From a virus (taxonomy: Duplodnaviria > Caudoviricetes): DNA of 64,000 nt. Below the pieces are notes generated by a model. The model was given only the letters and a program-made list of their open reading frames with translations. It did not search any database and had not been told where the DNA came from. Each line of letters opens with the position of its first letter. The first letter of the stretch is position 1. The position numbers and the translations under genes were made by a program. The stretch spans positions 211-64,210 of the IMG/VR virus record IMGVR_UViG_3300036801_000102; one strand, given 5' to 3'. This document shows, one piece after another, positions 35,231-42,984 of the stretch.

Positions 35231-36141
35231 GACACGATCCTTTCTTGCATTTGCTTGATCATCGCTGCGACATGTTCAGTATGCATGTCCTCTATCTGTT
35301 CTGATTTGCCCTTCTTGAGACATGAGTCCAGCCATCCGTCTGGCATTTTTATACGTTCGTAAAGTTTGCTGAACTCAGTGAGTTGCTCCTCAGTAGCAGC
35401 GTCAAATACCTTTGCATCGCTTTCCATGATAGCTCGCCCATATCGATTAGCGAATTCCTCGTACGACCATGGGAAGGTTTCATTTTCAGGAAATCCCTTG
35501 AGACGTGTTTTTTTGATCCTAGCTAAGCGTTCCGGACCTGGGGTTGGTTTTGTAATATGCAGAGCAAGATTAAGAATGTACTCCAATTTTATCCAACAAT
35601 CGAATGTCTTCCCGATTGCTTCTCGTTTGCCATTAACAAAGCCGTACTCGTCTCGTTCATGAGCTATGAGAACAACATTCATATCTATTTTCTCTAGCCA
35701 ATTCAAAATACGGCGCAGTTTGCGAGTTGCTGGTTTGTTTGATGCTCCGTATTCGTCTCGTTCATGAGCATTGTCCAGGCGTTCTTGCTCGTAAGAAACT
35801 TCGGTCCCAAAGAGATGAGAAACGCTGTCGATTACAAGTGTCTTGTACGGGTGTGGTTCTGCTGCTAGAGCTTGTATTTGCTCTAGCACTACGGAAAAGT
35901 CATTACTACCTTGCTTTGGTCCAAGATATGCGCCGCCAGAATTGACTAGCTTGTCAATGTAATGCTTCTGATTTGCTCCTGCTTCGGTGTCAATGTAATA
36001 GCATTTTGGGAATTCCAAAGATGTCCAGGTTTTGCCTGCATTTGGACGCCCATATATTAGAATAACTGGTTTGCTGGGCTCTACAGAAGCAGGCTGAATA
36101 GCTTTCAGCCTACTTCGTGGCTTAATTAAACCATCAGGCAT
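35227..36141 (-). CDS. Sak4-like AAA_24 ATPase / recombination protein
   Basis: LIYGRPNAGKT, YIDTE.G, TLVIDSV, VVLIAHE. Confidence 0.8.
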   Translation of the reverse strand: MPDGLIKPRSRLKAIQPASVEPSKPVILIYGRPNAGKTWTSLEFPKCYYIDTEAGANQKHYIDKLVNSGGAYLGPKQGSNDFSVVLEQIQALAAEPHPYKTLVIDSVSHLFGTEVSYEQERLDNAHERDEYGASNKPATRKLRRILNWLEKIDMNVVLIAHERDEYGFVNGKREAIGKTFDCWIKLEYILNLALHITKPTPGPERLARIKKTRLKGFPENETFPWSYEEFANRYGRAIMESDAKVFDAATEEQLTEFSKLYERIKMPDGWLDSCLKKGKSEQIEDMHTEHVAAMIKQMQERIVS

Positions 36142-36178
36142 CGTCCTCCTCCCTCTCCTGCAACTGCAGAGACGACGG

Positions 36179-36697
36179 CTAGATCAGATCACGCACAGAG
36201 CCGGACAGCCCCTGAATTCTGGCCAATGCGATACGCACACTTGTCAGCTTGCCGGCCTGCTTGACCTGTTCGGGCGTCATCTTCTGCGCTGTCTCCAGCG
36301 CCTCCGTTCCGATCGCTGCCTTGTCGACCTTCAGGCCGTCCTTCCGGGCACGATCGGTCAAATCCGCGGCAACCACTGCAGCAATAGCTTGCATCAGTAG
36401 CGTGGGCTCGCGGGACGATTTTGTTGCCGAATGCGGAGGCGCGCGCTTTGGAATTACAGCGCCGGTAAGAATATCACTCATAGAGGCACCACGAACCAAC
36501 AATGTGACCAATCCCTCCACTGCCAGATTACGCATTGGCAGTCGCTCGTCACTGAGGTAGATTAGTACAGTATCAGAGCCTTCCTCGCGCTCGATCAGTT
36601 TGTCTTCCACCACATAGTAGCGCCGCATGGGGGCGCGCTTTGCGGGCTCCGGAGCCGGTGTAGCCGGCGCATCTGCGTCTAGTGTTACGTCACTCAT
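36179..36697 (-). CDS. Hypothetical protein
   Basis: RBS AAGGA; coherent ORF. Confidence 0.6.
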   Translation of the reverse strand: MSDVTLDADAPATPAPEPAKRAPMRRYYVVEDKLIEREEGSDTVLIYLSDERLPMRNLAVEGLVTLLVRGASMSDILTGAVIPKRAPPHSATKSSREPTLLMQAIAAVVAADLTDRARKDGLKVDKAAIGTEALETAQKMTPEQVKQAGKLTSVRIALARIQGLSGSVRDLI

Positions 36698-36710
36698 TTT
36701 GGTATTCCTT

Positions 36711-36893
36711 TCAGTATATTAGTGCGACGGCAACGATGATCGCGCCGATCGCAAAGATGAGAAGATGCGCCATCCACAGTGGCGTTTGCTTGAACCGATA
36801 GGATTTCTTATCTTCCTCCCTGGCAATTAGCGCAACTGCACTGCTGACACGTAGTGATGCGCGCGGTACGTTGTCTTCAGCAGGTACGGTCAT
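36711..36893 (-). CDS. Small membrane protein
   Basis: C-terminal TM segment; ATGA coupling. Confidence 0.5.
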   Translation of the reverse strand: MTVPAEDNVPRASLRVSSAVALIAREEDKKSYRFKQTPLWMAHLLIFAIGAIIVAVALIY

Positions 36894-37084
36894 GCGATGA
36901 ACGAGCAGACCAAATGATCAGTCCACCGATCGGCTGAGAGAGCGAGGTAGAACTCGTCTGCTGCCTCGCTGATCTGGAACATGCGGGATGCGACAATATC
37001 GTCGCCTCGCTCCAGTGCATCTTCAGCGTGCCTTTCAGCTATCGCCGCAATATACGGGATTTCATCTAGTATTTTGCAAAGCAT
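36890..37084 (-). CDS. Hypothetical protein
   Basis: TGATG coupling to the upstream gene. Confidence 0.5.
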   Translation of the reverse strand: MLCKILDEIPYIAAIAERHAEDALERGDDIVASRMFQISEAADEFYLALSADRWTDHLVCSFIA

Positions 37085-37308
37085 CAGTTGGGCTCCTTGT
37101 CCAGCCACTTGTTCATTTGGATAAACCACGTCCTACGATCTGGCCGGGCATCGTCGTCTAGATATAATGATGGCGGTTTCGGTGGGGTGAAGAACCACCA
37201 CAACCACCGCAGCGACCACCACCGGAAGCTCTTGATATGAGCAAAGGACAGTGCCAGCCGTTTCACTTCGTAATCCTCAGCCTCTCCCCTCAGCATTCGT
37301 GACAGCAT
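37084..37308 (-). CDS. Hypothetical Trp-rich protein
   Basis: RBS GGGGG; coupled operon. Confidence 0.5.
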   Translation of the reverse strand: MLSRMLRGEAEDYEVKRLALSFAHIKSFRWWSLRWLWWFFTPPKPPSLYLDDDARPDRRTWFIQMNKWLDKEPN

Positions 37309-37492
37309 GACAACCCCCTAAACGAGATGGAGCACGGCAGTGCAATGCGTGGTGTAGCGCGGGCGACAGTATTTCAGGACAAAATCCCAACGAGATGGAG
37401 GGCGCCGTAAAGCGCAAACCAACATACAGCGCTGAGAAGGAGTGCAAGCATTACATCTCGCCAGAGCCAGTGATGAAACATCACACGCTACT

Positions 37493-38385
37493 CCCACCAT
37501 GTCGGAATGAACTTCATTTATACTGCGCTCCGTGCCGCTTCGATCATGGAAACTAGTCTGGTGTTTTGTGCGACCCTTGCGGCGGCGTATGCGGCGGCCC
37601 ATGCGACGGCGCTTGCGGCGTCCCATGAGGCGTCCCTCGCGGCGGCATCTGCGGCGGCGTATGCGGCGGCGTATGCGGCGGCCCCTGCGGCGGCCCGTAC
37701 GGCGACACGTGCGGCGACCCCTGCGGCGTCTGCGGCGGCCTGTGCGGCGTCTGCGGCGGCCTGTGCGGTGACACGTGCGGCGGCTGCGGTGGCCCGTGCG
37801 GCGGCGTATGCGACGGCGTCTGCGGCGGCCCATGCGGTGACACGTGCGGCGGCTGCGGTGGCCCGTGCGGCGACACGTGCGGCGACCCCTGCGGCGTCTA
37901 CGGCGGCCTGTGCGGCCCATGTGGCGGCCCATGTGGCGTCTGCGGCGGTCCCTGCGGTCCGTGCTGCGACGAGCGCCGCGAATCTTTTAGATTCGTCACC
38001 TGTTTCTAAATACTTCCGCATCACATCTGGCATGTTCCACAAATGCGCTACATCTAGCGCGCACTGGCGAGCGAATTGGCGCAGAACATCCGTTGCATCG
38101 AAACGCCAGAGAATGCGGCGCCTTGTGGAAACAAGCTTGTCGTCTCTCTCGATAATCTCTCCATCACATTCGACGTAACAGAGCGTGGTTCCTGGAGCGT
38201 ATTGCAGCGCATCGATTAAGCGGCGCGATCCATGAAAGCCTCGCTCGCAAGGCACAATCGGTGGTTCAATCTCTAGCCACTCGCCATCTGGCGGAATTGG
38301 ATCGCCATTGCGTAGTATTTCGCCGACAAAGTGCCACGCTAGAATTGACATTATCCTGTGCCCCACCATGTCGGGATGAACTTCA
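37493..38385. repeat. 24-bp direct repeats (37493-37516 and 38362-38385) flanking one gene
   Basis: CCCACCATGTCGG(A/G)ATGAACTTCA, 23/24 identical. Confidence 0.85.
37518..38351 (-). CDS. Phage protein with C..G.H domain and Ala-rich AA(W/Y/R)xA repeats (DUF7666-like)
   Basis: PCERGFHGS..LIDALQYA, DDKLV..RR.ILW, LRQFARQCA; long GCCGCA-based repeat tract 37575-37950. Confidence 0.7.
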   Translation of the reverse strand: MSILAWHFVGEILRNGDPIPPDGEWLEIEPPIVPCERGFHGSRRLIDALQYAPGTTLCYVECDGEIIERDDKLVSTRRRILWRFDATDVLRQFARQCALDVAHLWNMPDVMRKYLETGDESKRFAALVAARTAGTAADATWAATWAAQAAVDAAGVAARVAARATAAAARVTAWAAADAVAYAAARATAAAARVTAQAAADAAQAAADAAGVAARVAVRAAAGAAAYAAAYAAADAAARDASWDAASAVAWAAAYAAARVAQNTRLVSMIEAARSAV

Positions 38386-38635
38386 GCGCTGCCTCAAGCC
38401 GCTCGCGCGACGAGCGCTGCTCTTCCCATTGGCGCCACTCGATCGTCAGCAGCTCATTGTGCTGCCGTCGCAACTGACGCAGGATAGCCAGCACACTGGT
38501 CCGTCGCTCTATATACTGAGCTTGAGTGCAGGCGCCGTGGTTTCGCAGCCGCCACTCCATCGCCGCACAGTCCTGTGCACGATCCAGAGCGGCGCCACAT
38601 TGCGCGAGGCGGAGATGGCGCTGAGAGGCGTTCAG
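38351..38635 (-). CDS. Hypothetical protein (start uncertain, possibly CTG)
   Basis: TAATG coupling downstream; CTGA overlap upstream. Confidence 0.4.
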   Translation of the reverse strand: MNASQRHLRLAQCGAALDRAQDCAAMEWRLRNHGACTQAQYIERRTSVLAILRQLRRQHNELLTIEWRQWEEQRSSRERLEAALKFIPTWWGTG

Positions 38636-38829
38636 GAGCTTCGGCGATTGCGATATCCGCCCGCCGCAGCTGCCGTTCGCTCCATCATATTTATGAGATT
38701 CCTCAATATTTCCTTCGCAGCCGGTGGTAATCTCGGCGTCTCTGCTGCCATTTTGGCCATTCGTAATGCATCCTGATACGATTCTACTAAACTGCGCCAT
38801 GTCATCGCGCGCTGGGGACCTCTGGCCAT
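38632..38829 (-). CDS. First gene of the leftward early operon, hypothetical
   Basis: Follows the PL leader. Confidence 0.45.
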   Translation of the reverse strand: MARGPQRAMTWRSLVESYQDALRMAKMAAETPRLPPAAKEILRNLINMMERTAAAAGGYRNRRSS

Positions 38830-39040
38830 CTTGATGTTCTCTTTGCGAATGCACCCGCTCACTGGCGGAATTTGCGTTTGATGAATTTTTACCGGCGTTG
38901 TCTCTTGCGCCGTCATGGCATGTTACCGCTATATGAACGCTGCCGTTCGCGTCCCATGAGCGGTCGCCAAAATGATCCGTGCCGTTCGAAGGAAAGGCGA
39001 AGTGCCTATGTGTCACGACAGTTCCTCCAGATCGGAGGAG

Positions 39041-39094
39041 ATATTGGGGGCTATTAGCCCCCGTGTCAATGACAAATCGGGGCGCATTGCCCCC
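39041..39094 (-). promoter_or_regulatory. PL-like promoter with two operators (GGGGC-N5-GCCCC)
   Basis: Minus strand TTGACA-N17-CAATAT; operators GGGGGCTATTAGCCCCC (39046-62) and GGGGCGCATTGCCCCC (39079-94). Confidence 0.75.
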
Positions 39095-39146
39095 GCCGAG
39101 AGAATTATCCTGCTGAAAGTGCCTTAGATGGCAGTTACAAAGAGGC

Positions 39147-39539
39147 CTAGGCTTTCTTGTGAGAACGTCCGAGTTTCGTGGGCATCCGAGATGTGCTCTC
39201 GGGATCGTCCCTGCCATGAATGTGTGAGGAAGGCTCGGGTCCTATCAATTCAGGATGCAGGTGTCCTAGCAATGCTGCCAGTTCTCCATCTATACCTCGC
39301 ATACGGCCAAGAAGTATGTAGTCTGGTGTTATCCGTAGTCTGTGACTAATCTCAAGGATGCTAAAGATAGAAGGCGGCCTGCGGCCACTTTCAATGTCGC
39401 GAATAGTGGAGCGATCCACACCCATGCTTCGTGCGAACTCAGCTCTATTAGGCTCAACCAGCTCACGAGCCCAACGAATGCGTCGGCCAACTCCCCGCGC
39501 GATCTCTGAATAAGCGTCAGGTCGAGGTCGGTTGGCCAT
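39147..39539 (-). CDS. CI-like XRE-family repressor (no S24 peptidase domain)
   Basis: VGRRIRWARE....RAEFARSMGVDRSTIRDIESGRR.PS...ITPDYIL.G; divergent from cro. Confidence 0.8.
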   Translation of the reverse strand: MANRPRPDAYSEIARGVGRRIRWARELVEPNRAEFARSMGVDRSTIRDIESGRRPPSIFSILEISHRLRITPDYILLGRMRGIDGELAALLGHLHPELIGPEPSSHIHGRDDPESTSRMPTKLGRSHKKA

Positions 39540-39551
39540 GCTCCTGGTATA

Positions 39552-39620
39552 GGGGCGAGAACACCCCTCCTGCGCGGGGCGAATTCCAACTTGACTTGGG
39601 GGCGTAGTGCCCCCACCATG
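39552..39620 (+). promoter_or_regulatory. PR-like promoter with OR operators
   Basis: TTGACT at 39591; perfect operator GGGGGCGTAGTGCCCCC (39598-614) and degenerate copies at 39552 and 39576. Confidence 0.7.
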
Positions 39621-39854
39621 TTGGATATGGACAACCTGCACGCTGAGGTTATTCGGCAGATCGGAGGCAGAGCCTATCTCGCCGGAGTCCTTTGTCTCCA
39701 GGTTGAGACCGTCAAGAGCTGGCAAAAGCGGGGCATCCCGGCGCGCTACTGGCATCGAGTCATAGAACTTGCTGCTCTCAAGCTCCCCAATCTAACTTTT
39801 GATGATCTGGATCGCACGAAGCCAACCGCCGTCAGAAACGAGACTGTGGTGTGA
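39618..39854 (+). CDS. Cro-like regulator
   Basis: VIRQIGG..YLA..L.....TV.SW.KRGIP.RYW pattern. Confidence 0.75.
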   Translation: MLDMDNLHAEVIRQIGGRAYLAGVLCLQVETVKSWQKRGIPARYWHRVIELAALKLPNLTFDDLDRTKPTAVRNETVV

Positions 39855-40049
39855 TGATCCATCCAACCCCATGCTGCTTCTTCGCCCCCCGAGGAGGCAC
39901 ATCCGCGGCGTCACGCGGAACTGTGACGCAAGGTTCCTCCCGAACCTACAAACTCGGCGACAGGAAGCCTCACCTGTCGCCGCTTTTGTTCTCCCTTCCG
40001 GTCGATCCTCGCGCTTCCTCGACAGCCAACATGGGAGAAACACCTTACA

Positions 40050-40430
40050 ATGTCTTGGAATAAGACACTCCAAATCGAAAATGATACGGCGCGAGAGGCG
40101 GTCCTGGTCGGGCTACTGGAGTTACGCAGGGCCGGGTTCAATACCGAAGCGGCAATTGAGACCATTGCACCACTATACGGCATATCGAAACGTAAAATCA
40201 GATCAATTGTGTTCAAAGAGCCATTCATACTGCATGCGGACCAACTAGAGGGCATCAAATGGGGCAAAATCAGAACACTCCGATGGCTCTCTGAGCATTA
40301 CCGAAGGCTTGCCGACTGTTGGGAGTCGGCGGCGGATATCGACGCAATGGAAAAGCATGGGCAAAAGCAATTCCGGGAAACAATGAAATGGCCAAGGATG
40401 CACTGGACCACGCAAGAGAATGCCGCCTGA
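40050..40430 (+). CDS. Putative DNA-binding protein (cII position)
   Basis: HTH-like AIETIAPLYGISKRKIRSI; RBS GGGAG. Confidence 0.5.
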   Translation: MSWNKTLQIENDTAREAVLVGLLELRRAGFNTEAAIETIAPLYGISKRKIRSIVFKEPFILHADQLEGIKWGKIRTLRWLSEHYRRLADCWESAADIDAMEKHGQKQFRETMKWPRMHWTTQENAA

Positions 40431-40582
40431 AGGCTGCTGAACTAGACACTATCTGCGACGCAGAAGAAACCAAGCTACGCAAAGACGAGAGGCAACGCCT
40501 GACGCAGGGTGTGCTGGTGGGTCTCGCTATTGTTGTCGGCCTTTGGGCGCTGTTTGCCGGCCTGGTCTGGCTAGGCATCTAG
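40388..40582 (+). CDS. Small membrane protein
   Basis: C-terminal TM helix. Confidence 0.5.
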   Translation: MAKDALDHARECRLKAAELDTICDAEETKLRKDERQRLTQGVLVGLAIVVGLWALFAGLVWLGI

Positions 40583-40661
40583 AAAATGCACTGGTACAAA
40601 CGTCTTTGCCTATGGCTTGTACACCGGCGTGCACTGCGGTACGTGCGAAAGCTGTTGCGCC

Positions 40662-41120
40662 GTGGGTAACGGTCGCCGTGTATGGACCCCCGAAGGGGAT
40701 GCACAGCTAACCAAGTTGTGGAATCTGACCGGCTCTGAAAAGTTGTCGTGCGATCAGATTGGCAAACGTCTCGGCAGAACCAAAAGCATGGTGGTCGGTC
40801 GAGCCCATCGTCTCAATCTGCCGAAGCGGCCATCGCCCATCATTTACAAGAATGGCAAGCCACCAGGACCAAAAGCAGCAAGGGTTCATTCGTCATCGAA
40901 GTCCTTGCCACAACTCACCAGTCTCATTGCCGCCGCTCCGCCTCGTCCATCTCCACCTCCACCTCGTCTGTCTAGCGGTCGTGTTATCTCCTGCTGCTGG
41001 CCGATAGGCCAGCCTGGAGCAGACGACTTCCGTTTTTGCGAGATCCCATCAGAGCCTAATGGCGTCTACTGCACAACTCACGCCACCCTAGCGTACATAC
41101 GGGCGCACATACGCAAGTGA
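40662..41120 (+). CDS. gcrA: GcrA cell-cycle regulator homologue
   Basis: WT.E....L.KLW...LS..QIGKRLG.TKSMVVGRAHRL.L..R (DNA-binding domain), Pro-rich linker, CCWPIG.P...DFRFC......YC..H...AY (sigma-interacting domain). Confidence 0.9.
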   Translation: MGNGRRVWTPEGDAQLTKLWNLTGSEKLSCDQIGKRLGRTKSMVVGRAHRLNLPKRPSPIIYKNGKPPGPKAARVHSSSKSLPQLTSLIAAAPPRPSPPPPRLSSGRVISCCWPIGQPGADDFRFCEIPSEPNGVYCTTHATLAYIRAHIRK

Positions 41121-41359
41121 GATGCAACATGAAGCGAAGTCACGATGTAAAACGCGACGCCCTTTGCAAAACAATGCGTGCCGAACGCGCCGCACGAGGG
41201 GCAGCAACTGTCATCTATATCCGAAAAGGCATTGCAGTTGAAGCTGCTCCACGCAGCCTACGAGACGCGATCCCACCAGAAGTCCTGCACCGAGGGCGCG
41301 AACTCAACGAAATGATGCACACGCCCTTTTGCATGTGGCCCAAAGAATGGACAAAGTGA
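41117..41359 (+). CDS. Hypothetical protein
   Basis: Coupled by GTGA overlaps on both sides. Confidence 0.5.
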   Translation: MRCNMKRSHDVKRDALCKTMRAERAARGAATVIYIRKGIAVEAAPRSLRDAIPPEVLHRGRELNEMMHTPFCMWPKEWTK

Positions 41360-41823
41360 CACAACAACCTACTATCGTCCTGCATCTGCCTATTCCGCCC
41401 AGTATCAATAAGCTCTGGGCGAATAGTCCAGGCAAACCGCGAGTTCGTAGCTCAGCATATCGCGCGTGGATCATCGAAGCAGGCTGGGAAGCGCGAACGC
41501 AACTAGTCGGCGTTCCAACTATCGCCGGCACATTCGATGCCCTGATCTCAGTGCCAGTATCATCGCGCCGAGATCGCGACTCATGGTCCAAATCACTGTT
41601 CGATCTATGTCAACACGTCGGTGCGATCCGTAATGATAGCGGATTGCGAAGCTATTCAGTGATTGGTGACGATCGTACCGACTGCATGGTGGCATTATGG
41701 GATACAGGCGGCCCCGAACAACGCGCACCAAAAATATTCCGAATGTCAGCTAAGCCACGATCGAGTCAGCCAACGCTTTCGCAGATCACCCGCGCAGAAG
41801 CCGCTCGCAGGCTGCCGCGATGA
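41356..41823 (+). CDS. rusA: RusA-like Holliday junction resolvase
   Basis: LPIPPSIN.LW, YR.W, RRDRDSWSK.LFD, I.ND. Confidence 0.75.
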   Translation: MTQQPTIVLHLPIPPSINKLWANSPGKPRVRSSAYRAWIIEAGWEARTQLVGVPTIAGTFDALISVPVSSRRDRDSWSKSLFDLCQHVGAIRNDSGLRSYSVIGDDRTDCMVALWDTGGPEQRAPKIFRMSAKPRSSQPTLSQITRAEAARRLPR

Positions 41824-42467
41824 GCAGCACCGAATTGATTCGCTATGACACGATGTGTCGGGCCGTTGTTGCACTGGATGCGCAGCAACATCATTGCTTT
41901 CAGTACCCTGAATCTCCCGGCGTCTATGTCTTCGATCGATTGGGCACGACGCTCTATGTTGGAGAAAGCAAAAACCTTCGACACCGGCTCACACATCACC
42001 CTCGTGGTTATCTTCGCCGCTCTGTTGCGGTGCGGTGCCGCATCTTGCCGTGCCTTAACCACAAGCAGGTCGAGAAATGGCTAATTGAAGCCCTCCGGCC
42101 CACTATGAACGGTGTGTCAGAGGAGAAGCGGAAGCGACTGCTGCACAGGCCCGCCAAGAGCCAGGCTCAGATAGACGACGAAATTGGTTCAATATGGCGC
42201 GATCTGTTTGGTGAACGTACTGATCCAAACGACCAAATAGCAGCAAGCGTTGCCGGAGAAGACAATCTGTTCCCTGAAACTCTGCAAGAGCGTTACCCGC
42301 GACAACCAAAGCGAGACGATGCCGAGCGGGTCTATGCATTGCGTGACGCGCTGACAGAAGATGACGTTCAGCACAACATCCTTCGCATGCGTCAGGGAGG
42401 CAGGGCGCTACTGAAGCACGCAGATGCTCTTGACGCGTGGAATCGCAATCGACACACGGCGGCGTAA
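41820..42467 (+). CDS. GIY-YIG nuclease-domain protein
   Basis: PGVYVF......LYVGESKNLR.RL..H...E..LI..LRP.MN. Confidence 0.7.
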   Translation: MSSTELIRYDTMCRAVVALDAQQHHCFQYPESPGVYVFDRLGTTLYVGESKNLRHRLTHHPRGYLRRSVAVRCRILPCLNHKQVEKWLIEALRPTMNGVSEEKRKRLLHRPAKSQAQIDDEIGSIWRDLFGERTDPNDQIAASVAGEDNLFPETLQERYPRQPKRDDAERVYALRDALTEDDVQHNILRMRQGGRALLKHADALDAWNRNRHTAA

Positions 42468-42472
42468 ATGTA

Positions 42473-42694
42473 ATGAGCTATTCAGCAGTTCGAATATCGC
42501 CTGACGGATGCATTAGCCATTATACCTCAGACGAATGGGCACTCGCCGCAGTGTGGCTGCGTTCAATGATGCTATTCGACACTCGCTCCGTGGCAAAGCT
42601 GCTGCCAGATTGCGAATGTACCATCACTGTCCGTGGCCATTGGTACTCGATCAAAGCTGAATCCGCGTCCTGCGTAGCGGCAAGGAGCGAGTAA
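42473..42694 (+). CDS. Hypothetical protein
   Basis: Fills gap on the operon strand. Confidence 0.4.
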   Translation: MSYSAVRISPDGCISHYTSDEWALAAVWLRSMMLFDTRSVAKLLPDCECTITVRGHWYSIKAESASCVAARSE

Positions 42695-42717
42695 TGCTCC
42701 GCGACGATGCATAGGAG

Positions 42718-42984
42718 ATGCAGTCCACAGTCGCATTCGTGTCCTCAGTGCGCGCTCGCCTATGGGGCGCAGGCTACCGACCAGTTCAGGTCTCAACTGA
42801 CGCCCTGACGCCGTCCGCCGCTTCCCTGATCGCCAAGGCACTCAACGCCGGTAGGCCCGCCGGCAGGCCCGCCGGGAGGCTCCACAGGGAGGCCGGCGTC
42901 ACCTGGGGAGAGATCATCGTCCCGGCGCTCCCGCCGCCCGTACGGCCTCTACAGCCCCGGCACGGGCCATCCCCATGGCCCTAA
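42718..42984 (+). CDS. Small protein, possibly a primase-polymerase N-terminal remnant
   Basis: RBS AGGAG; RARLWGAGYRPV.V; 12-bp repeats encoding AGRP. Confidence 0.45.
   Translation: MQSTVAFVSSVRARLWGAGYRPVQVSTDALTPSAASLIAKALNAGRPAGRPAGRLHREAGVTWGEIIVPALPPPVRPLQPRHGPSPWP

Noticed and set aside
37318-38178. Arg-rich, Pro/His-rich and plus-strand Ala-rich ORFs over the GCGGCG tract
   Set aside because: Alternative frames of the low-complexity repeat in the real minus-strand gene 37518-38351; no unique spacers, so not a CRISPR array.
38351-39217. 288 aa minus-strand ORF across PL
   Set aside because: Runs through the operators, promoter and another gene; only its 3' ~95 codons are plausible.
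42847-42885. 12-bp tandem repeats (GCCGGnAGGCCC) as iterons
   Set aside because: In-frame AGRP coding repeats; the better iteron cluster is at 44298-44602.
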